Positions 8,941 through 17,632 of a stretch of 32,000 nt of DNA are shown here, piece after piece; position 1 is the stretch's first letter; each line of letters starts with the position of its first letter. Below the pieces are notes generated by a model. That model did not search any database, was not told where the DNA came from, and saw nothing but the letters and a program-made list of their open reading frames with translations. Source of the stretch: Candidatus Synechococcus calcipolaris G9 (GTDB taxonomy: Bacteria; Cyanobacteriota; Cyanobacteriia; Thermosynechococcales; Thermosynechococcaceae); contig NZ_JAKKUT010000002.1 of NCBI RefSeq assembly GCF_029582805.1, positions 1,886,942 through 1,918,941 of the forward strand, given 5' to 3'. A program made the translations under genes and the position numbers.

Positions 8941-11737
8941 GTGGTTTTGGCAACGTTTACTGGCGACCGCCTTTAGTGTATTTTTCTGGATTTTTAATGC
9001 CACATTGCTGCTGGTGGCCCTCATTTGCTGGGTATTGCTCGGCCCGGAACTGGTAGTGGATTTTGCCAGGGGCCAACTGCCCTGGGATTTTATGGTTCCC
9101 TTTGTCGGATTTGTCGGGGCACCGGCGATCGCCACGGTGGTTCGATTTCGACAGCGACAGAAAACATCCCTTCGCCTGTTTCATCTTTTTTATGGCATTG
9201 AACTTCCCCTGATTATCCTGGGGCTGGTGCGCTTTTTAATGCTGCGGCAATTGGTTCCGGCCACGGGATTTATGCTGGTGTCCTTACTGCTGGGCATTAG
9301 TGCCTATGGCTACCTTTGCTGGTTGGAGGATCGCGCCCCCTCGCCCTGGCAAAGACGTTTCCAGAAGATCAGTCAGGCTTTTTTAGTGATTCCAGGGGTT
9401 TATTTACTGGCCCTTGCCAGTTTTTATATGCTGCCGATTCTTGGGGCGATCGCCCTTCATTTTCAGGAGATCGTCATCACCCTGCCTTTTTTGCTGCCGG
9501 TTAGTCCCTTTATTCTTTTGGTTTTAGGGCTACTGTCCATGCCTGTGGGCACGGGGGGACTTTATCTATACCACTGGAGTCAAGGTTGGCGTTCCCAGGC
9601 GCAGCCATGGTACAGGTATCTAGGGGGGACAGCGATTCTGGTAGCGGTTTGGCTGAGTTTATTTTGGGGACTACAACAACAGCCCCAGGTTCAAGCCTTT
9701 CAGTTGTTAGAGCAACCGCCCCAAACCCAAGAGGAGCAGGTTGCCCTTTTAGACCAGTCGAATTTGATTCGGCGGGGGTTACTCAATGCCTATTTAATGC
9801 CCTATCGCTATCTGGGAGTAGCCCAAAGTAATGGCACAATTTACTATATCTATCGAGATAACCTCAACTTCAGCGAAGAAGACAGTTTAACCCTGCAAAA
9901 ACTCCACAATCAACTCCTGTCTCCCTTTTTTGCCCAAGGGCCCCCTTTTGGCTCCGGCGATCGCACCGGTCTATCCAGCTATACCCAGGAAGCGGCGGCC
10001 CTCTATGCCAGCTTTTTCGATCACCCGATTCTCCGGGCCGAAGAACAGGCCATTACCGCTGCCCTCGAATCAACCTTTGAACGCCGATCTGCTAAAGCCA
10101 GCCTCGCGGATATTAACCAAGAAAAGGTTCTCCTGGCCAATCAAGACGTGACGCTGAACCCCCAGGGAGATTGGGCAGAAATTACGATCCACGAGGTCTA
10201 TCAAAACCAAACGGCGGAACCCCTTGAAATTCTCTACTACTTCACCTTGCCAGAAAGTGCGGTGATTACTGGTCTGTGGCTAGGGGATACCCCCAACCTG
10301 AGCGATCGCTATGTCTATCAAATTTCCCCCAGGGGAGCGGCCCAACGGGTCTATGCCAACCAAGTGGTACGGCAGGTGGATCCGGCCCTTTTAGAGCAGG
10401 TGGGGCCAGGCAATTATCGGTTGCGGGCCTTTCCCATTCCCCCAAGGGAACTAACCCCATCACTGGGGCGAACCGAGGTGAACACGGGCGATCGCCCTAG
10501 GGAAATGCACCTCTGGCTCACCTATCGTACCCTGGGGACGGCGGCGGGATGGCCCCTGCCCCAACTCAAGGAGCGGCGGAATATCTACTGGAATCGGCAA
10601 ACCCAGCGGAATCTGAATACCCCTAAGGATCAATGGTTTGCCAAGACTATTCCCAATGCTCTGCCCAGTTCTGCACCCAATTCGGCCCATCCCCAAACCC
10701 ATCAAATTCAATTAACGGATACCGTGGCGATCGCCGCCACCCCACTCCCAGATGGCCCCCCCACCCTGCCAGAGAATAAAACCTTTGCCTTGATTTTAGA
10801 TACCTCCCGGAGTATGCAGGAGCAACAATCAGCCCTCCGTCAGGAATGGCAATGGTTAGCAGAGCACTTGGGCCCCAGCAATCGTTTTGATCTGTATCTG
10901 GCGCGGGCATCGGCCCTAGAGCCAGTCCGCCAGGATGATATTTCCCTGGCAGACCCACCCGACCTTCTGTTCTATGGCAGTCTCCAACCCATGGAAATGA
11001 TTCAACAGTTTGTGGAACTACACCAAAACCAGGCCTATGATGCTATTTTTCTCGTCAGTGATGGTACGACCTACGAACTATCCCAAAACCTTGAGCCGGA
11101 CTTAACCGTTGAGGCTCCCCTCTGGTTTGTTTCCCTAGGTGGACTCCCCATTGCCTTTGATGATCCGAGTCAGGAGATGCTGCAAAATAGTGGCGGCGGC
11201 GCAACCACAACCCTAGGAGAAGCGGTTCAACGTTGGCAGGTACAAGCTACCCCCTCCACCACCAATGCCGTAAATATTAATTGGGTCGATGGCTATCTTT
11301 GGCAACGGATCAACCTCAATGGTGCCGTACTATCCCCGTCCCCCCAGGGCGAATTAAGCAAAGGATTTATGCCCTTAGCGGCGCGACAATGGGTTCAATA
11401 TTTGGGTCAACACCAACAGGCGCAAACTCAGGAACAGTTAGATGCTATTCATGAACTCGCCCAAACCTATTCCATGGTGACTCCCTACTCCTCCATGATT
11501 GTCCTAGTCAATGATCAACAACGCCAAGAGTTAGCTGCCGCAGAACAACAGGGCGATCGCTTTGACCGGGCCATTGAAGATCAGCAACCCCTTCAATCCC
11601 CTAATTTGGAAAGCTCCACCTCGGAACTTGCCCCAGATTCTATTATTAGCGGTGTTCCTGAACCCCCCTTGGTCATCCTAGTGGGCGCGGCAATTTGCCT
11701 GGGGATTGGTGGTATAGTCAACAGGCGAAGCTCCTAA
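8933..11737 (+). CDS. PEP-CTERM integral membrane protein with VIT-like and vWA-like domains (TIGR02921-like)
   Basis: 934 aa. The N-terminal ~250 aa is multi-TM. The centre has YYFTLPESAVITGLWLG (VIT-like) and FALILDTSRSM (a DxSxS MIDAS-like vWA motif). The C-terminus is SGVPEPPLVILVGAAICLGIGGIVNRRSS, that is PEP motif, TM helix and basic tail. Its start overlaps the exosortase stop (ATGGGTAG). Confidence 0.8.
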   Translation: MGRWFWQRLLATAFSVFFWIFNATLLLVALICWVLLGPELVVDFARGQLPWDFMVPFVGFVGAPAIATVVRFRQRQKTSLRLFHLFYGIELPLIILGLVRFLMLRQLVPATGFMLVSLLLGISAYGYLCWLEDRAPSPWQRRFQKISQAFLVIPGVYLLALASFYMLPILGAIALHFQEIVITLPFLLPVSPFILLVLGLLSMPVGTGGLYLYHWSQGWRSQAQPWYRYLGGTAILVAVWLSLFWGLQQQPQVQAFQLLEQPPQTQEEQVALLDQSNLIRRGLLNAYLMPYRYLGVAQSNGTIYYIYRDNLNFSEEDSLTLQKLHNQLLSPFFAQGPPFGSGDRTGLSSYTQEAAALYASFFDHPILRAEEQAITAALESTFERRSAKASLADINQEKVLLANQDVTLNPQGDWAEITIHEVYQNQTAEPLEILYYFTLPESAVITGLWLGDTPNLSDRYVYQISPRGAAQRVYANQVVRQVDPALLEQVGPGNYRLRAFPIPPRELTPSLGRTEVNTGDRPREMHLWLTYRTLGTAAGWPLPQLKERRNIYWNRQTQRNLNTPKDQWFAKTIPNALPSSAPNSAHPQTHQIQLTDTVAIAATPLPDGPPTLPENKTFALILDTSRSMQEQQSALRQEWQWLAEHLGPSNRFDLYLARASALEPVRQDDISLADPPDLLFYGSLQPMEMIQQFVELHQNQAYDAIFLVSDGTTYELSQNLEPDLTVEAPLWFVSLGGLPIAFDDPSQEMLQNSGGGATTTLGEAVQRWQVQATPSTTNAVNINWVDGYLWQRINLNGAVLSPSPQGELSKGFMPLAARQWVQYLGQHQQAQTQEQLDAIHELAQTYSMVTPYSSMIVLVNDQQRQELAAAEQQGDRFDRAIEDQQPLQSPNLESSTSELAPDSIISGVPEPPLVILVGAAICLGIGGIVNRRSS

Positions 11738-11854
11738 CCGTTCCAGATTGGGGTTTTACAATGCTTAGCACTAACCTATTTCGGTCAGCATGCCCTACGC
11801 CAAAATATTTGAACTGGCATTCTCATGACGGCTGTTCAGAAGGGGAATATCTAA

Positions 11855-12607
11855 ATGCCTGTTAACTTTGATACCATCATCAGTACCTCAAGTTCTGAAG
11901 AAAACTTTTTGCAAATCTTTCAAGATGAGATCGCCCAACAAGCCCAGCTATTTCTTGAAGCTCATCGCACAATTTTAACAGCCTGCTACAGAAATCCAGG
12001 GCTTTCTCCTGCCCTGAAAGCTCATGCACCCGAAATGCTAGCTAAAGCTTGGTTGAAAAGGTATAGCGATAGCTATGAAAATCGAATTTCAAAAAGAATC
12101 TCACAACCACCAGGAACAGTCGCTGATCCAATTGTCAGTACAATCATCAATGCTCGATTGACAGGGCTAACAGCAGAGCATCTTGGGCAAATCAAATACG
12201 CCCACAGGCTATCAATGTCGGCAGAAAATATTCAAGGATTACTACTAGAGGAGTTTTTGGCTGAGCAACTTGCCGATTATGGTTGGTATTGCTGTTGGGG
12301 AGAATCCATTCGCCATGTAGATTTTTGCAATATCGATGGTTCTCTCTTACAGATCAAGAACCGTAGCAACTCAGAAAATAGTTCATCTTCCAGAGTGAGA
12401 ATTAACCAGCCGATTGAAAAATGGTACAGAGTTGATGCCAGAACAGGTTTCTATCGATGGTCTTATTTTAACGAAAAGTACGAAACGGATCGATTCTCCG
12501 AAGAAAATTTTGTTGTTTTTGTTCGACAGGTTTTACTCAATAACCCAAATGCCTTAGCTGTAGAAACGAACAATCCTTGGCAAGATTTATCTGATCCATC
12601 AAACTAA
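11855..12607 (+). CDS. Putative type II restriction endonuclease (partner of the adjacent C5-methyltransferase)
   Basis: 250-aa ORF in an AT-richer stretch with no HIP1 site. It is convergent with the methyltransferase gene and overlaps it by 9 nt. It has the PD-(D/E)XK-like pattern ...LEEFLAEQL...HVDFCNIDGSLLQIKNRSN (D-X10-QxK). No family could be assigned by eye. Confidence 0.55.
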   Translation: MPVNFDTIISTSSSEENFLQIFQDEIAQQAQLFLEAHRTILTACYRNPGLSPALKAHAPEMLAKAWLKRYSDSYENRISKRISQPPGTVADPIVSTIINARLTGLTAEHLGQIKYAHRLSMSAENIQGLLLEEFLAEQLADYGWYCCWGESIRHVDFCNIDGSLLQIKNRSNSENSSSSRVRINQPIEKWYRVDARTGFYRWSYFNEKYETDRFSEENFVVFVRQVLLNNPNALAVETNNPWQDLSDPSN

Positions 12608-14029
12608 GTTCAAAGATAACTGTTTTTCTGATGACTCTTCAAGATAACCAAAAGTATCAATTGACCAACTGACATCATCAGTCTTGTGGTATCGAGAATA
12701 GGGAAAATCTGAGTAAATGATCGGCACTTCGCCCTTTAAGTGAGTCAACAACATCCTAGCGATCGCTCTTCCTAAAGAGCAGGGTACTGCATTTCCAACT
12801 TGTCGATATTGATCGAGTAACGTACCTGTGATAATCCAATCATCGGGAAATTCTTGAATACGCTTATATTCCTCAATGCTGAGGGGTCTATCTTCTTCTG
12901 GATGTGCTAGATCGGTTGCAGGCATAGCTGGATGGGTTACTAACGTCGGGGCAGGTTTATCCCAAGCTAGCCTTCGGTAAAAACCAGTTTTTCCCCCTCC
13001 TGCATGATAAGAAGCCCCTAAAGCTTCTTGGTGCAACTCTTTCGGTAAATCCCGCCAATATTGCCCAGGCTTCAGAAGTCTGTAATATTTGAGCCGTTTT
13101 TCAGGAAACTTAACAAAATGGTGTCCATTTTTTGGAAGACCTTCCAACGCTTCTCGTAGAGTTCTCCATCTTGGAAGATCATATAAACTCTTCTCTGAGT
13201 GGGTCGGTGTGAGATAGGGAAGCTTTTTCCCATCACGACTACAAGCAAGAATAACCCTTTCCCGTTGTTGTGGCGATCCAAAATTAGCAGAGTTATATAG
13301 ATTAAAAGAAATGCTATATCCTGCCTCTCTCAGCCTTTGCGTAATAAAGAGCAATGCACCTCCTCTTTGTTCATCCTGAGACAAGGTTGGGAAATTCCTC
13401 CCTCTCATTTCATGAGGTCTATGCTTCAACGGAGCGGACAATAATCCTCGAACATTTTCAATAACTGCAAATCTAGGTTTAAGTTCAGTGATTAAATCAA
13501 TGAACGTCAAGAAAACATTGCCTCGCTCATCATTGAATCCTTGCCGCTTCCCTGCACTGCTAAAGGCTTGGCATGGCGGCCCGCCAACGATTACGTCAAT
13601 CTCGTCAGTCGAACTCAATCCCGCTTTTTCTCGAATTTCTGTGGCCGAGTAATCCCTAATGTCCCCAATCAGTGCCACATCAGGTCGATTTATCTCAATG
13701 GTTTTTCGGGCGGCCGTGTCAATTTCGCAAGCAAGCAGCACTTGGATACCTTCCTTTTCTAGTCCCAAGTCCAAACCCATACAGCCAGAAAAAAAACTTA
13801 GGGCTTTGAGATCAGGCTTACTAAATGAGCGTCGCCCATGATCAGGAACACTTAAACTTTCATCTTCTCCCTTGATGCGGTAGTTCTGAACAGACTCTGA
13901 TGCCACAATCCAACGACTGCTAATCCTCTCTCCGCTGATTTCGCCATACCGGAGCAACTGGCGAACATATTGCTCCGAGCAGTTTAGAATTTCAGAAGTT
14001 TCTTTCACAGAGAGGTATTGGTCAGCCAT
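12599..14029 (-). CDS. DNA (cytosine-5)-methyltransferase with an N-terminal helix-turn-helix domain
   Basis: 476 aa. Motifs seen are I FFSGCMGLDLGL, IV GGPPCQAFSSAGKR, VI AVIENVRGL, VIII QQRERVIL and X QVGNAVP. The N-terminal ~50 aa (LSVKETSEILNCSEQYVRQLLRYGEISGERISSRWIV) resembles an excisionase/MerR-type HTH. Confidence 0.92.
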   Translation of the reverse strand: MADQYLSVKETSEILNCSEQYVRQLLRYGEISGERISSRWIVASESVQNYRIKGEDESLSVPDHGRRSFSKPDLKALSFFSGCMGLDLGLEKEGIQVLLACEIDTAARKTIEINRPDVALIGDIRDYSATEIREKAGLSSTDEIDVIVGGPPCQAFSSAGKRQGFNDERGNVFLTFIDLITELKPRFAVIENVRGLLSAPLKHRPHEMRGRNFPTLSQDEQRGGALLFITQRLREAGYSISFNLYNSANFGSPQQRERVILACSRDGKKLPYLTPTHSEKSLYDLPRWRTLREALEGLPKNGHHFVKFPEKRLKYYRLLKPGQYWRDLPKELHQEALGASYHAGGGKTGFYRRLAWDKPAPTLVTHPAMPATDLAHPEEDRPLSIEEYKRIQEFPDDWIITGTLLDQYRQVGNAVPCSLGRAIARMLLTHLKGEVPIIYSDFPYSRYHKTDDVSWSIDTFGYLEESSEKQLSLNLV

Positions 14030-14066
14030 GATTTCGGATGCGAAACTAAAATCAGGTACCCATATT

Positions 14067-14080
14067 ACTGCTGAAGCAGT
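14067..14080. promoter_or_regulatory. Inverted repeat ACTGCT-GA-AGCAGT upstream of the methyltransferase gene; candidate operator for its HTH domain
   Basis: Read directly: 6+2+6 nt palindrome, 38-51 nt upstream of the methyltransferase ATG at 14029. The regulatory role is inferred by analogy with SsoII-type HTH-methyltransferase autoregulation. Confidence 0.3.
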
Positions 14081-14143
14081 ACACTTACAAGCTTTGTGAA
14101 CAAATGTTTTTATGCTGCCGTTGGGCCTAAAAGGGCGATCGCC

Positions 14144-15259
14144 CTATATCCCATTAATCCCATTAGTGTTGGTTAGGCTTCCCGATAAATACTCCGCTGC
14201 CGCCTCGACGATGGGAATAATCCGGCCGTAGGGCATACGGGTGGGGCCCAGGATGCCAATACTACCGACGGGGGTGTCACCGCGCTTATAACTGGAATAG
14301 ACCAGGGTACAGGCCCGCATTGGCTCCAGGGGATTTTCCGCGCCAATGCGAATGGTGATCGGGGCATCGGGGGAATGGTAAATAAGGGGGTAGAGTTGAT
14401 CTTGTTGATCCTCTAGGAGATGGATCAGCATTTGTACCTGTTGCAGGTGGGAGAACTCCGGCTGTTGTAGGACTTCTGAGAGACCACTCATGACAAGGGA
14501 GCCGCTGTCACTAAAGGGACTGGGTTCACTGAGTTCGACGAGTAGGTTTTGCAGTAGGCGGGCAAACTGTTGAAATTCCCGATCCATATCCTGCCAATCC
14601 AAGGTAGATAGATCCGCCAAAGAGCGGCCCTGGAGGTGGTGATTGAGAAAATTTGAGAGAACATTCAGGATGCGATCGAGCATAGCTTCATCGGGTTCAG
14701 CAGCGTCGGCAGCATCAGTATTTTGGAGTTGCTCTAGGGGAAGATCAAAAACAGCGGACTGGGTTTCATAGTTATCGGTAACAACAATGACCATGATCCG
14801 GGTCGGGGCGATCGCCACCAATTTGATGAAGCGAATCTGACGACCCAGGGTGGCGGGTAGGGTAATCAGGGTAATGCAGCCACTCAAGTCCGAGAGTAGT
14901 TGGGCAGCTTGGCGCAGGATGGTTTCTAGGCGATAGCGGCCCCACTCTAAATGACGATTTAAGAGATGCTCCACCTGTTGGGCAACGTCGGGAGCAGGCT
15001 GGACTAAATGATCAACATAGATACGATAGCCGGAGTCGGAGGGGATACGGCCCGCAGAGGTATGGGGTTGGTATAACAGGCCGCCTTTTTCCAGGACAGC
15101 CATAATATTGCGAATCGTGGCAGAACTAACATTTAGGTTGTATTCTCCTGCCAAGACCTTGGAGCCAACGGGTTCAGCGGTGGCAATGTAATGATTGATC
15201 GTTGCCCAGAGAACGTGTTTTTGCCGTTTATTGAGATGAATCTCCATACCTTCTAACAT
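14144..15259 (-). CDS. hrcA: Heat-inducible transcriptional repressor HrcA
   Basis: 371 aa. LNKRQKHVLWATINHYIATAEPVGSKVL...SSATIRNIMAVLEKGGLLYQPHTSAGRIPSDSGYRIYVD is the canonical HrcA N-terminal winged helix. An alternative start lies at 15247 (MEIHL). Confidence 0.92.
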   Translation of the reverse strand: MLEGMEIHLNKRQKHVLWATINHYIATAEPVGSKVLAGEYNLNVSSATIRNIMAVLEKGGLLYQPHTSAGRIPSDSGYRIYVDHLVQPAPDVAQQVEHLLNRHLEWGRYRLETILRQAAQLLSDLSGCITLITLPATLGRQIRFIKLVAIAPTRIMVIVVTDNYETQSAVFDLPLEQLQNTDAADAAEPDEAMLDRILNVLSNFLNHHLQGRSLADLSTLDWQDMDREFQQFARLLQNLLVELSEPSPFSDSGSLVMSGLSEVLQQPEFSHLQQVQMLIHLLEDQQDQLYPLIYHSPDAPITIRIGAENPLEPMRACTLVYSSYKRGDTPVGSIGILGPTRMPYGRIIPIVEAAAEYLSGSLTNTNGINGI

Positions 15260-15395
15260 CCCAACCCTTTAGATGAGCAGATGGGCCAATGGCAGCCTAT
15301 TTAATGAAACTTAATGCAACCTCACTCTAGCCAAAATTGCTGGGAGGTTCTCTTACTGTACATTTCTTTACGCATAAATATTTGCTTTGCCAACT

Positions 15396-16901
15396 TTACC
15401 AATTGAGTAAGCTCTTTAGCTTTTGCCGTAGTCGGGAAATGGCGTTGGGATACTCCGTATCATTTTCTTGGCTTAAATCCTGTTGATACTGAGATAGAAT
15501 CTCTTGCCGCTCGGCGATCGCCTGGGCAACATCCTCCCCAAGGAAGGGATGCTCCGTGAGCAGTTGGGCAAATCCTTTTTGCTCAAGCATAAATAGCACC
15601 GTTTCGGCCATGGCTTTCATGGTGGTCGGATAGGGAACCCCTAACATCAGCGGAATTTCGCCAAAGTAATCCCCCGGTTCAAAGACAAACACGGGCACAT
15701 TTTCGAGACGATTTTCCGAGAATGCCGCCACTTTACCCCCAAGGACAATACAAAACGTATTGGCCCGTTCCCCCTGCTGAAATAGCGTTTCTCCCTTGGC
15801 TAACTGCTTACGGCAGCCCATTTCAATCAGGGAGCGAAGTTGTAAATCATTTAAGCAATGAAAATAGCTAACGTTTTGTAGTAAGCTCCGTAAACTGGTC
15901 TGGGGGGCCCGGGGAAAGGCTGGAGGTGACGGTAATGGATCCGTTGATGGTTCTGTTCCTGGGTTGGGGGAGGCAGGTAATTTGGGTGGGTTCCGGTACC
16001 ACAGATCCACCTGAGGAAAGGGAATTTCAATTCCATGTTGACGAAAAGTGTACTCAATTTTGAAATTCAAATCACTTCTAATCACAATGCGGCGATCGAT
16101 GGCATCCACCCAAATCCACAGTTCAAAATCCAGGGAGGAGTCACCAAAGCCTTGGAAAATAACCCGTGGTGGCGGATCATGTAAGACATGGGGAGCAGAA
16201 TGGGCCAGATTGAGGAGGACTTCCGTCACTAGCACCGGATCACTGCCGTAGGCCACACCAACGGGAAGATCAATGCGTCCATGACAATTACTGTAGTTCC
16301 AGTTGGTGACTTGATTATCCGCTAGATTCACATTGGGAACGAGAACCTCAGCCCCCTGAAAAGTACGAATGACGGTGGAACGAATCGAAATCTCGGAAAT
16401 GTAGCCGGCAATCTGATCCATTTCAATAAAATCACCGACTTTGACTTTCCGCTCAATTAACAGAATCAGTCCACTGATCAGGTTACGGGTTACGTCCTGT
16501 AGACCAAAACCAATCCCTACTCCTAGACCCCCCACAATCACCGCTAGGGACGCTAAATCAATGCCCACTGCCTGGAGGACAATCACATAACCAAAGGCCC
16601 CAATGACAAAACTCATTAAGGTGGCGATCGCTTCTCGAGTTCCCGTATCTAAACGGAGTTTGATCAAAACATGCGTTTTCAGCATTCGTTTAATCATGCG
16701 GACTGCTAGGGTTACTAACAGGAGCAACACCAAGACTTCAACAATCCAACCCAGGGTTACGGTTTCTGTGCCTAGGGTAAATAGGGGTCGGTTAAAGGTT
16801 TCCTGGAGCCATTGCCAAATTCGAGCAGGGGTTTCCGTAATCAAAAAAAGGACATTTAACATAGAAAATTCAAAGAGTTCAACATTTATCTCAGGAGTCA
16901 A
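15396..16901 (-). CDS. MscS-family mechanosensitive channel with a C-terminal cyclic-nucleotide-binding domain
   Basis: 501 aa. It has TM helices and an MscS beta-domain (NLISGLILLIERKVKVGDFIEMDQIAGYISEISIRSTVIRT). The C-terminal cNMP domain shows LFQQGERANTFCIVLGGKV...GDYFGEIPLMLGVPYPTTMKA. Confidence 0.85.
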   Translation of the reverse strand: MTPEINVELFEFSMLNVLFLITETPARIWQWLQETFNRPLFTLGTETVTLGWIVEVLVLLLLVTLAVRMIKRMLKTHVLIKLRLDTGTREAIATLMSFVIGAFGYVIVLQAVGIDLASLAVIVGGLGVGIGFGLQDVTRNLISGLILLIERKVKVGDFIEMDQIAGYISEISIRSTVIRTFQGAEVLVPNVNLADNQVTNWNYSNCHGRIDLPVGVAYGSDPVLVTEVLLNLAHSAPHVLHDPPPRVIFQGFGDSSLDFELWIWVDAIDRRIVIRSDLNFKIEYTFRQHGIEIPFPQVDLWYRNPPKLPASPNPGTEPSTDPLPSPPAFPRAPQTSLRSLLQNVSYFHCLNDLQLRSLIEMGCRKQLAKGETLFQQGERANTFCIVLGGKVAAFSENRLENVPVFVFEPGDYFGEIPLMLGVPYPTTMKAMAETVLFMLEQKGFAQLLTEHPFLGEDVAQAIAERQEILSQYQQDLSQENDTEYPNAISRLRQKLKSLLNW

Positions 16902-17370
16902 TCTTCGGTGCTGCCTGGCGGGTTTTTGCTTGACGCTGTTGGATCATCCTATCAATGGATATTCGATTAAACCCATGACCGGCCAGCAAAATGAAAAAGA
17001 CGAGGCAATAGACCAGTTGACTGGTGGCGGTTGTCCAGTTTTGCAACAATGTAATACCATACATCAACATTGCCATCAGAGAGAAACCCGCAATCAGGGC
17101 CGGGCGGGTGGCCAACCCCAGAGTGATACAAAAACCACTGATCAGTTCAATGATGGGCACAAATAGGGCAGGGCCCCAAACCAAGGCATCGGGCAAAAAG
17201 GAATCCGCCTCTCGGAAGAGTTCCACCATGGAGTCGGCAAACCCCGGAATATTTCCCAGGCGGACAAAACCATGATTAAAAAAGTTAAGACCCAGGACAA
17301 TCCGCAGTAGGGTATAGGCTAAAACAATATCCCGTGGCCGCAATCTGGGTTGACCGAAACGTTGAGTCAT
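16891..17370 (-). CDS. DoxX-family membrane protein
   Basis: 159 aa with four hydrophobic segments. LLRIVLGLNFFNHGFVRL...IIELISGFCITLGLATRPALIAGF is typical of DoxX. Its stop overlaps the MscS start by 11 nt. Confidence 0.75.
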   Translation of the reverse strand: MTQRFGQPRLRPRDIVLAYTLLRIVLGLNFFNHGFVRLGNIPGFADSMVELFREADSFLPDALVWGPALFVPIIELISGFCITLGLATRPALIAGFSLMAMLMYGITLLQNWTTATSQLVYCLVFFILLAGHGFNRISIDRMIQQRQAKTRQAAPKIDS

Positions 17371-17493
17371 TGTGGTGGCTCCCCCATATCGAATTTTTGT
17401 AAAGACTCGTCAGCTTCACTTTACCGCCTTCACTGAAGACGTAACATTTTGCCGGAGATCGCCGGCCACAAATGCCCAAATTAAGCTACACTT

Positions 17494-17512
17494 CTTAATG
17501 AGAATCTTTTGC
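17494..17512. promoter_or_regulatory. Weak Fur-box-like sequence upstream of the ABC ATPase gene
   Basis: CTTAATGAGAATCTTTTGC matches the 19-bp consensus GATAATGATAATCATTATC at 13 of 19 positions by hand alignment. It lies about 120 nt upstream of the FutC-like gene. Confidence 0.2.
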
Positions 17513-17632
17513 ATTGATCTTGTCAATGGTTAAATCGGTTGAATCATTTAACTGATATAGATCAACCAAGAAACGTAAAGATTCCCTTGACCTGTTGCCT
17601 CTGAGTCTTTAGGGGAGGAGTAACGTCTATTC

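Noticed and set aside
7755-10958. Numerous 60-200 aa ORFs on both strands inside the exosortase and PEP-CTERM genes (for example 7977..8573 and 10647..10958)
   Set aside because: All are nested in, or antisense to, long ORFs with clear domain signatures. Their products are Pro/Arg/Gly-rich, which is typical of out-of-frame translation.
15260-15395. CIRCE operator (TTAGCACTC-N9-GAGTGCTAA) near hrcA, and a TTAGCACT string at about 11766
   Set aside because: No inverted partner is present at either location, so neither is a CIRCE element.
16603-17166. 187-aa plus-strand ORF spanning the MscS/DoxX junction
   Set aside because: It is antisense to two membrane-protein genes with clear family signatures. 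Its product is a basic, low-complexity translation.
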